Positions 51,700-64,000 of a DNA stretch of 64,000 bases are shown one piece after another. Origin of the DNA: Squalus acanthias. Its lineage: Eukaryota. Location: contig CM059448.1 in the NCBI GenBank assembly GCA_030390025.1, positions 4,588,001-4,652,000 on the forward strand, read 5' to 3'. The stretch's first letter is position 1; every line of letters starts with the position of its first letter. The translations under genes were made by a program, and so were the position numbers. The notes beneath the pieces were generated by a model. It saw only the letters and a program-made list of their open reading frames with translations, was not told the origin of the DNA and searched no databases.

Positions 51700-52219
51700 C
51701 AGGAAACTGTTATCCGGCACGACGGGACCGGGATGGTGCCAGTTGATTAAAAATTCTGGATGACAGGATTATCTACTGAGGCTATTTTTAAACAAAAAAA
51801 TTTTTTAAATCAAGAAGTGTGCAGTATACAGTAGTTGGGTACTCACCTACAGAATGTGTGTTAAATGGATGGTGGAAGATGCTTGATTAAGTAGTGCTTG
51901 GACCAACTTTTGGGAATTCCATAATGCAAGATGGGGAGATAATTCACAATAAAGATGGAGAGACACAGAAAAATGGCAGATCGGAAGAGACTACTGGCAG
52001 CGCGGGAGAGTCAGGCTCCTGTTATTGAGATGTTCAGACTTCTGACAGCGCCAAGAAGCCAAGCAGTGGCAGTTTGGAGAACTACCCCCACTGACCAACT
52101 CAGCCACCGCGGGAGACTGACACATTTCCGGTTATTGAGGTGTTGATTTCGGAGTATGAATTTTGCTGGTTAATAGAGAATTCCGGATATTTAGGTGCCG
52201 TTTAAACGAGAGTTTCCTG
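51700..52219. mobile_element. Tc1/mariner-pogo-type non-autonomous element (MITE)
   Basis: TA|CAGGAAACT ... AGTTTCCTG|TA termini with a TA target duplication; subterminal ATCCGG/CCGGAT repeats. Confidence 0.6.
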
Positions 52220-52510
52220 TAGTAGGAATTCAGATAATGATTGCATAGGTGGCGATATTTACCACTCAATAGCTGCTGATTCATGGTTTTGGCACAAAAA
52301 AGCCTAGTCAGACAAACTGCTCAAGACATGCTGGCAACAGTACAATTCAATCACCTGCAGAAAATATGCAGGTGGCAATGAAAGCAGCATGTACAATTGC
52401 CCACTCCTCCATTCAATTCCTGCTGTCAACTAGCTATGAATTACCCATGGCTTAAATTACCACCCAAGTAGAAGTTACATGATGAAATTCTATACAAGTC
52501 AAACATCTTA

Positions 52511-52720
<210 letters not shown>

Positions 52721-52855
52721 TTACAATTGTAGATTTAAAGTGAATTCAAAATGCAAATATTTACTTGGCTTTCTGAAACAGTCAAGTAACTGAAACAGAC
52801 ATGACATTTAGTATTTTAAATCTAAAGCAGCCTCCAATTAAAGAAAGTTATATTA

Positions 52856-53191
<336 letters not shown>

Positions 53192-54342
53192 TCAAGCTCC
53201 AATTGAAAAGAAAGCCATATTGACAAGAGGAAGACACTTCAAAGCACTGCACCAGCATACAAATGAATCCTCTTGCTTTATGCTAAAAAGTAGGCCAAGT
53301 AAGTGTCAAGGATTTCTTCAGATGATCACACTCCCCACTATTGAAGATGCAATCACCTGGGTAGCTGCCAACTCCTACTAGCAAATAATCAGCATCACAG
53401 ATGAGCAGCAGCAGGGCACCTGTGATTCTGAGTCATAGGATACATGGTGCAGAAGCCTTGGAAGGGGAAGAAATGCAAGAGCATATTGAACACGGCAATC
53501 ACTATAGTCCACTCTTGCTGAATATTTAAGTCAGCCGACTACCCAAAGAACAAGTAACTGGATGTTGTGCAATGCAACAACCCAAAAAAAAATTGAAATG
53601 CAAGTCATCCATGCAGCCACTAGAGGGGGTAGAAATGCCAACCATATGGAAGATGCATTACTGCAGTAGCTCCTACCAGCTGGAAAGGCATTAATGAAGC
53701 AACAATACACCAGCTGCTAGTAGAGTTAAAGAACAAACCTGGGTAGATTAGAATTTGAAGGGGAACTATTAAAATGGGGTAAAACTAAGCAAATATAGCA
53801 TTCAAACTTCAACCCAAGGGAGATGATATTGATGTCGCAAACAATATTCCCCAGGGTAACATTAGAGGTAGATTTATATTGTAGAATGTACAGCACAGGC
53901 CATTCAGCCCAAAAGTCCAGACTGGTGGTTATGCTTCATGCAAGCCTTCTCCCACCCCTCATCTGACCCCAACAGCACATCCTATTGCTTTCTCATGTTT
54001 ATCTAGCTTCCCTTAAATTAGTCTATGCTATTCATCTCAACTACTCTGCTTGCAGTAGTTGAGTGCCACATTCTGTGTAAAGAGGTTTCTCCTGGATTTA
54101 TTAGGGACTATCTTATTCTTAATGAAAAAGAATCAGACACGGCCCTTCTATTACAACTGGGTCAGACACCACAAAAATGTAATTAACCCACTCAGCTGGA
54201 TCACTGTCCAAATATTTGGCAGGGAAGTGAACGCAACATCCAATTATCACCACTTCCACCCCAGAGAGTATAGAACTGTTCATGGTTAGCTTGTTCTACA
54301 CTTTTTTGCCTCACAACCTGCAAGGTCACACTAACAGCTTCA

Positions 54343-54546
<204 letters not shown>

Positions 54547-55987
54547 TTAGACAAAAAACTTGCACTCTAGATGTGGAATGTCAGTGAAGAATGAAACTTT
54601 CCATACTTGTCAAAATTCTTCAATAGTGAGTGGATACAAAATAAAAGTAGTTATTTATCCCTCTTGCTTGCAATCATTTCCATGCATTGCAAAAGTCAAA
54701 CTCCAAGAGCAGGCAATTTTGCCAGAAAAGGGATGTGCTTCTTGGGCCAATAATCAGCTCTAACCCAACTCAAAACCATTTCTGAAAACATTAAAATATG
54801 TCATACAAATTTCCCAAGGTTGGGGGCTCAGAGGTATTTAATAGGCAAGAGAAGCCCCTTTGGAGCCTTATCCAAAGGAGGACCATTCATGCAAGTTCAG
54901 AAAAGTATTTGTGGGCAGCCTGTGGAAACACCAGACAAACTCATAGAATACACAGAAGGCTGCCATTCAGCCCATCATGCCAGCTCTTTCTACCACTCCC
55001 CTGCAAATTTTTCCTTTAAGTATATACCCAATACCCCTTTGAAAGTTACTATTTAATCTGCTTCCATCACCCTTACAGGCTGCACATTCCAGATCAGAAT
55101 TCGCTGCATTAAAATTCTCATCCCTTCTGGTTTTGTCGATTTTAAAGTTCACACATTCTCAAAAAGCTGCATTTACACAAAATCAAAACTTAAGTACTAC
55201 ACAGACTTTTATTTATGTGCAGCACATTTATGTAAGCAAATGTACATGCAGTTTCCAGCAAGAGTACCAGACAGCAATCAAGTGTGACAATCCTTGCTCA
55301 CTTCCATCTCTTTTCCAAGATGGACACCAACTGTGACCCCCCCCCCACTCCAGCTAAAGTGATGCAACTCAAATCAGGGACTGAAGCTGGGGCCTTCTGG
55401 GCCAGAGGTACCCACTTTCTTGGACTGGTAGAGGCAGCACTGGGTGTCCCCAGTGTCACCAAGCATAAAAATCAGTACTCCAAGTACCCCCTTTGAGGGT
55501 GGTCACTAAAAATAATCGGAGGTTCACAAAGCTCAACACGAACTAGGTCAGGTCAGTATTCCATTGTTCGATTATACAATGAACATCCTGCAGTGCCCAC
55601 CAGTCACTGAAGAGTTTTCTTCCCTGCACATAGTATACCAGGAAAGATTTAAAGTGGGTGATGAGTTAAACACAATGGAATTTCCCAGGGGGGGGGGGGG
55701 GGGGGGGGGGAAGAAAAAAAGAATCAGTATGTACTGATTAAACATGGAACTTTGAAGAAAACAGTCTAGCAGATGTTGAGTTAATTACAGTTTTCAAAAG
55801 CAAGCATTTCAGCATTACAAGGAAGGCCATTCATTCCTGTCTTCAGTTACCCCTACCATTACAAGTTGTAATTAACTGAATAAGTGGTTTCAGTTTGTAT
55901 TTTCAATTAAAGATTAATTTCTGCTATTATGCAAGTTTTTTTTAGTACTCTTAAATTCAGTGAAGGAGAAATTAAGAGTTCTCTTAC

Positions 55988-56110
55988 CTGGGTAATATCT
56001 GCAAGAGGCTCTTCATCCTGAACCAACATCTGAGCAAACTGAAGTCCCTGATCAGGCCCAACCCTCATCACATTCCTCAGCAGAAAGATCCAATCTGGAG
56101 AGTAACCAAC
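55988..56110 (-). CDS. CLTC: CLTC exon (~10; 123 nt)
   Basis: [16 protein letters not shown]...ADITQ; AG/GT. Confidence 0.96.
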
Positions 56111-56539
56111 CTGAACAGGACAAACCATAAAATTGAGCAATAAATCTAGTATTGCATGGATACAATCATTCCTCCATGCTCAGGAATTCAATACCTTCAT
56201 CTAGCTGAATCAGTCCTAAATTTCCTTTAATGCAGATTCTTAATACCTACAAAAAGACATTCCATATTGCTACAGCTCAATTATGAAGATTGCAGAAGGA
56301 TTTCTCAATTTAAGCAAGGTAGTTTGTGGCAAAATTCAATGATCTGTAGGGCTTTGAATGCAAAGGCCATCAGTGCTAAAATACAGAATAATTTGACAAT
56401 CTCAATCACAACCAAAGCCAGATTTATCCCATTTAAATGGGAACGTGAAACATTCAAGTTTTGCAAGTTAACCTTCACAAGACATTATACCTACCATGAG
56501 TGGATACCATGTAGCTGATCTCTTACAATCCAGGCATTG

Positions 56540-57700
56540 AATTGTGTGATTTGTACATGGTGATTTTCAAAAGACATTTGATAAGGTTCCACAAGAGGTT
56601 GTTCTACAAGCTCATGGGATTGAGGGCAATTGGTTAGCTTGGATTGAAGATTGGTGAATGGACAAAAAAAGTGTAGGAATAAACTGGTCATTTTCCAGTT
56701 GGTAGGTTGTAACTAGCAGGATGCCACAAGGATCAGTGCTTGGGCCTCAGCTATTTATAATCTACATCAAATGACTTAGAGGACTGAGTATTGTATCCAA
56801 GTTTGCGGAGGATACAAAGCTAGAAAGACTTGCATTCCTATAGTGCCTTTAACGACCACCAGACGTCCGAAAGCACTTCACAGCCAATGAAGTACTTTTA
56901 AGTGTAGTCATTGTTGGAAATATGGGAATAGGTAGGAAAGTAAGCTGCAAGGAGGATGTAAAGAGGCTGCAAAGGGATAAAGACTGTTTAAGTGAGTGGG
57001 CAAAAAGGTGGCAGATGGAGTATAATGTGGGGAAATGTGAAATTATCCACTTTGGTAGGAAAAATAGAAAAGCATAATTTTTTTTATGTTGAGCACAGAA
57101 AATGTTAGAGGTATTTGGGGGGTCCTTGTACAGTAGGTTAGCCTTTATTGTAAGGGGGTTGGAGTACAAGGAGTAAAAAAGTCTTGCTGCAATGATATAG
57201 GGCTTTGGCGACACCACACAGTAGTGTACAATTTTGGTCTCCTTACCCTAGGAAGGATATACTGCCTAAAAAGGGGTCCAACAAAGGTTCACTAGATTGA
57301 TTCCTGGGAAGAGACACAGACACCTGGTGTCAACAATGAGGTGATCTCATTGAAATGTCTAAAATTCTTACAGGGCTTGACAGGATCGATACAGAGAGGC
57401 TGTTTCCCATAGCTGGAGAGTCTAGAACTAGGGGTCACAATCTCAGGTTAAGGGGTCAGCCATTTAGGACTGAGATGAGAAATTTCTTTGCTCAGAGGGT
57501 GGTGAATCTTTGGAATTCTCTACCCTAGAGGGTTGTGAATGCTCATTGAGTATATTCAAGAATTAGATTGATAGATTTTGGGACACCAAGGAACATGGGG
57601 ATAGGGTAGGAAAGGTCAGCCATGATCTTATTGAATGGCAGAGCAGGCTTGAGGGGATTGTATGGTCTACTCCTGCTCCTATTTAGGTGGTGTTCCTATG
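56540..57700 (+). mobile_element. Decayed CR1 LINE (RT to 3' end) with a SINE tail inserted at ~56822-56915
   Basis: DFQK.FDKV, PQGSVLGPQLF, KFAEDTKL, KCEIIHFGRKN motifs; frameshifts; CR1 tail. Confidence 0.8.
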
Positions 57701-58031
57701 GTGCATGACTGAAAAATTATGCACAGCTCCAAATTGAACAGCAAAATTATTGTAGAACAGTTTAGGACAAAGGTGACCAGAAAGGGCTTTGAACTGAATG
57801 ACGTCTCAACTGAGGAATTCTGCAAGTAGTCAAATGGGCCACAAGAATGGAACAAAACATTCAGGCAAGTAACTCAATGAATGAGAGGTTATTCAAATGA
57901 AGAAATTTGTAAAAGAAAAACCTGAAAGCAGATTTAACAAATTCTAAATTAGAGAACTTGGCCTAATAGTCCCATCTCTAGGAGCAAGTAAACCATTAAT
58001 CACATGGCTTAAAAAACCAAATGCAACTTAC

Positions 58032-58184
58032 TTTCTTAGCATAGAGCACAATCTTCTGGAACTGGCCGGTTTCAGCAAAACACTGGATCACCTTGTTGGG
58101 GACATTCGCCCTCAGGTAGACACTCAGTGCCAGTGTGGGGTCCACAGACTTCACAATATCACCAAGCTCCTCCGAGCATTCCAG
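58032..58184 (-). CDS. CLTC: CLTC exon (~9; 153 nt)
   Basis: [23 protein letters not shown]...LYAKK; AG/GT. Confidence 0.95.
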
Positions 58185-59384
58185 CTACAGGAACACAAGA
58201 CCCATTAATCTCAAGGTACCAAAGGTTAAATTTTCATTTACTGATTAAAACAACTATTTCTGGAAGAGGCAGAGCACTCAAGCAGTGGTGCTTGGCACAT
58301 GGAAACTAGAAGCATGGTGGGGTGGTGGAGGAAGTGTTAAATACTATGCCATCTACAGAAAGATTCCCTTAACCAGCTTTTGCATAAAAAGGTTTTGGTT
58401 TACAAGCCAGCAAATTTTAATTTAATTCAGTACATAACAGATTAGCAATTATTGGCAAGTTTCAATTTGTCTACTTTTCTCTAAAGGAAAGTAGTGATAG
58501 GGTTAGACAGACAGGCTAATACCTCATCCAAGTTTATGCATCACTAGGCAATAACAATTAGAGTTGGTTACTTGGGCCCAATATCCTGTGCCAATTGCAA
58601 AAAAATAGCATTCTTTAATAACCTTTCAACTGGAGATTTGGTACAGGTGGACCAAGGTTAGAAAAAGTTACCAAGTGTATGCTTGTAAACTGGATATTGA
58701 AGCAGAGGGAAGGGATTTACATCACAGCTCACATTTTGTTTGAGCCTACACATGTCCAGAGTTTGAGGAACAAAGTGTGGCAAAATGAATGTGGCACATT
58801 AGAATCATTCAAGACTTGTGCATTGGAGTAATACTTTCATACATTTGCATAACAATTACCAATATCTACTGGATAAACTTCAATCTTGCAGCATCCCAGG
58901 TGGTTTTCTGGGCAGCAGTTAATTTCAGTCCCCTTATACAGCACTGAAAAGGGAACCCAATGCTACATTGAGTGGCATCTCAATGAAAGACACCAAGATA
59001 AGCAGATATCAATCAAATTGGGCTACAATCCAATCTGTTCAGCCAATTGTTTGTCACTCAAGAAACCAGGTGAAAAGGAGCTGCTGCCAAAAACGGTTTT
59101 CCAGGACACGTTAAATAAAATCGTACACTTGGACTTGGAAGGATAAACCAAGTCATCCAGTCTCAACCCCACTCTTCCCAAAGAGATTTGCTCCTTAAGC
59201 TTATATTTTGCTTTACTCAAAAGCAATTATTGGCACCTTTTGCAGTTTGACTTAGAAGGTTGCTTTAATCTTGACTTGGAAGTTCAAGTTCTACTGCTTC
59301 CTGCCCAAAACTACCCTACTAGTGTGTTACAAGAGTTTTCCCTCCAAGGATTCAGCTTTTTCTTGAAGGAGACCCTGGAAAGGT

Positions 59385-59900
59385 CACATTTATTGCCCAC
59401 CCCTTGTTGCCAAGATGGTGGGCCTTGAACCATTCCAGTCCTTTGTTGTGCTCCCACAATATGGTTTGGTTGGAAATGGCAGGATTTTGAGCCAACAATA
59501 AAAGAATGGTGACATATGTCCAAGTCAGGATCATGTGACTTGGGAGGGGAATTTGAAGGTTATGGTGGTCCAACACTGCTGCTCTTGCCCTCTGGTGGTC
59601 AATGTTATGGAGGGGCAGGTAAAGTGAGCTTGGCAAGTTGCTGCTATGTATCCGAAGATATTGCATACTACAGCCACAGTCTGATGGAGGATGGAGAGCA
59701 AGTTCAGCTGATCGAGTGAACTGCTTGGTCCTGGTTATGCTTGTGTTGTGGCTCCACCCATTCAGGAGCATAAATATTTCATCAGTCCTGACTTCAGCCT
59801 TGTAGATAGAGAGGGACAAGTGAGCAACTTAGCATACCCAGCCTCTGCCCTGCTCTTGGGCAAGATCACTGCACCACAGGGACTGCATGGTTGAAGGCAA
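59385..59900 (-). mobile_element. Degenerate CR1-group LINE 3' end (family of 7770-8227)
   Basis: Antisense matches such as CCCAAGTCACATGATCCTGACTTGG and GGCTCAAAATCCTG. Confidence 0.6.
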
Positions 59901-60254
59901 CTAGAGACTGGCAATTCATGCAGTCTTTCCAAGATATCCCCAGCACGAGAACAAAATATCAACTACTTAAATACACCAACTATATTGAAAAGCCTAAATT
60001 AGCAATAATCTGGATGGCTATCAACCTTTAATTCCAATCCATTTCAACAAGGATCATAACTCAAATAGATATCTGGAAGTAGAGAAAACATTTAGGGGGA
60101 TTTGTGTTTTCCTAAACCATAGTAAACCACAATTAGTGCCATGTAAGCACTAAGCTGCAGTTCAATAGCAGAGAGTGGGCAATTTGGCTTTCACTTATCT
60201 GCCAAGATCCCAATTAGGGATAACATGTCCTTGTGCTCAGCTACATTACACTTA

Positions 60255-60551
<297 letters not shown>

Positions 60552-61013
60552 TCAAATTTATAGCAAAGTGACTGAAGTCTACAGGAATGTTGTTGACAAT
60601 CGCGGCATACTGTAGAGCAATACAATGTCTCCTTTATCAAAATTTTCACACATCTGCCACCAAAATTAATTTAACTCATACATATCAATATTGCATTAGG
60701 ATTGACAAAGTCAGCAGGACTGCTCAAGCTAGGGGTTCAGAATCAGTATTACATCAAGAACTAAATTAAAGCCAATGTCTGCTGCAATAAAGTGGATCCT
60801 AGCACCACTTCATATTGATTTTTTTTTAATGTAAACTTGCCAGAAGAATATAAATTTACACTTCCTAGGGATAAGTCAAAGTGGAGAAAGCAACTGGTAA
60901 CACAATTAAAGCAGCTTTAATTTCCTGCAAATCATCCCACCAGATAAACCAGTTCTATCAAAGATGAACATTTGGTCCATTTCTTGGCAAGTAAGTGTTT
61001 GTACTCTTCTTCA

Positions 61014-61445
<432 letters not shown>

Positions 61446-64000
61446 TTACAAGGGAAATCCTACCATAGCATGGAAACTGTGCTTGGTAATAAGAATTAAT
61501 TCTAGTTAGTCTAATCCAACCTTTTACATCAAGGAAAACCATTTATTCAAATGCAAAGTTTCTACCAACATGCATCTCCAATGGCATATTGCAAATTTCT
61601 TTCTGGAGAGTTTAGGCTGTCATTTTCACAGCAACATAGCTAAATCCAGCTGCTTCCCCATAGCAAGAATTGATATATACACCAAGCTGACAAGACATCT
61701 TGCAAAAGATGAGAAATTTAGATTTGACTTGCTTCCACATCTCTGGATAAATGCAGGAGATACACGGCCTTGGGATAAAGTTGATGTTCTGGGAAAAGGA
61801 TGTGCACTTGCTCAGATCACCAACTCACCAGGAGGCATTCATTGCATCCTATTCAAATAGGTTTTACTGTTCAAGCATTACCCTACAAAGCTCAAGTATT
61901 TCACAAGGTTCTAGTTTCATTAAATTTTGAACAAATGATGCCTGTGTGCAGATTAAACAAGGCCACTGCATGATAAATGTTGACCCTTACTTGTCTCGGC
62001 TATACCCCAACCATGTGGGTGCAAGGAAATAACCAAATTCCTTAAAACTGCACCACCCATCGGCAGAAACTAGGTTGCCTGTATCAGTGCTTAGCTCAAG
62101 ATACATGCAGAAACCCATCTCCAAACTGCTGCAAAACCATTTACTCAATGAGAACATGGATGGTTGTTAGATCAGAAGTTTAGGGACCCTGAGTTTAAGC
62201 TAGCTAAAACCCTGCAACTCATCAGTAGCAAGCTTGCCATGTGCCATTTGTCCAGATGGGAGCAGCCGACTCATTAGGACACCAACTAGCAGTTGTCAAG
62301 AGTCACGTGGGAAGAATTCCAGTCCCTAGTGACAGATTTATCCTTCAGGTCTAAATGAGCCAGCCTGGTCCACCAACAGCATTAGTGTTTCTGGACTCCA
62401 GATTGCAAAGTCTGTCAGAGGATCCATTTGGTTGGGATGGTGTCAGTTTTTTGGGGGGCAGAAAAGGTCCTCAAGATGACAGTCATTGACTTAGTGTTGT
62501 CAATGGCTCCTAATAATTTGCTTTAATTAAAAAGGCATCATTTTATGGAATTTAGGTTCAGAATACCAATTTTTCAAACTATTGCAATCTTATGCTAGTG
62601 TCACTAGGATATCACTGCATTTTTCAGATGGGAACTAGAGCAAGATAGGAAATGCACTGTTGAAGGAAGTTCAAGGTCACAGCAGCAAAGCAAATACTAA
62701 TCTAATCTACCAAACTGGAGCCTTGATCCTAGCCTGTTTCTGGAGCTCCTTGCACAAGAGATAAGAGTAGCAATTAGTTTGTACAGAGAACAGTACAAAT
62801 TTGCAAAAATATAGTACAAATTTAAGTAGGTTTACACTGGTGGATCTGACTATTGACCCTCAACAAAAGTATAGGTTTCTAAAATGTAAAGAATTTTCAT
62901 GGAACAATTCTGAAGCCAAAAATTGTTTGGAAACAACCAATGCCAACACCTGCCCCCCTACAATGTTAGAGATCCTTGCCCTGTTCCACAAAAATACAAT
63001 TGAAGACCTACTTAGCTGCTAGACAAAATATCAGTGGTCCCTAAACTTCTGATCTAACCAACCAAGACAAAATATTTGATCGTTTAAAGTGTAAATATGC
63101 TCTCAATCCACAAACATGGTGAACTTTTATATGAGTGCTTATTGACAATATGCTAAGGAGTTGCATTACCAAACTAAACTTGCAAAGAGGAAATTAGAAC
63201 ACAATTGAGCTCAGACATTACAAGCACCATGGCAGTGCAGTCATGGACTGCCATTTGCATGTGTGGGAAGAAATTCCAGGCTGCTCACATTTAGTAGAGA
63301 TTGATGTAGCAGCACACCAACCTGGAAGCATGTCACCAATTGTTCTCCATTTAGGAGCAAACCAAGGAATCAGATATTTGAGTGTGGTCATGCCCCAGGA
63401 AGTGTGTAATTGGGACTTAAATGCAAATAAAACTATGTTTGGAGTACATGGTATTTCACTCAGGTTCTCTTGGATGTCCACATGCTGATTTTTTGAATAC
63501 AAGGTTAGACAGACAGGTTCTCAGCACAGACGATGGGTCGAATGGTCTCCCTCTGCGCTGTAAATTTCTATGATTCTATGCAGCATAACTGAACAGACTA
63601 TCAATTTAACACAGGCTGGAAAATTCCCTCAACTGGCAGAGGTTGTGGGGAAGGGGGAAAGGAGCTTAAGAAAGCAACCTCACCATCTTGAAAATCTTTC
63701 AACACTGAACTGCTACAGCGCTCTCCAAAACAACCACCATCACTATTGTACAACAGTTCTTTTCAAATTGTACCTCCAAAGTTCATGGAAACGTTAAGGT
63801 GCAGTCCCTGCTCCTACAACAATTCTGTGCTAACTTAATGCTGCAGGCAAACTGACTACTTTATTTCTCACCAGGAAAATAGAACAGCAGACAGTATGCT
63901 TGCAGATGTGACCCAGAATCTTGCAGACTCCCAAGACTAATCTTTAAAACATCTTCACCTATCCCAAGTTTATGCATCAGCAGCCAGTCTCCTCAGGATT

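Overview
Vertebrate genomic DNA, almost certainly from a cartilaginous fish (shark-type SacSINE1/DeuSINE, CR1/L2 and Penelope repeats), covering the conserved VMP1-PTRH2-CLTC locus. A CpG-island bidirectional promoter (~300-1470) drives PTRH2 on the + strand (single coding exon, 3309-3821) and probably the non-coding first exon of VMP1 on the - strand. The 3' part of clathrin heavy chain CLTC (CHC17) lies on the - strand as 27 exons from 61265 down to 23911. These include the 21-nt alternative microexon (VDEIKKK) and a 3' UTR with miR-1 and miR-19/130 seed sites. The PTRH2-CLTC intergenic region (5-22 kb) is a nest of transposons. The most unusual signal is a set of Penelope-like elements carrying minimal hammerhead ribozymes. 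Several are TSD-flanked head-to-head foldbacks with a single ~35-40 nt unpaired tail, the largest being a ~940-bp near-perfect hairpin (19937-20922) with a hammerhead on each strand. All coordinates were read by hand, and comparisons with human genes are from recall, not from a search.
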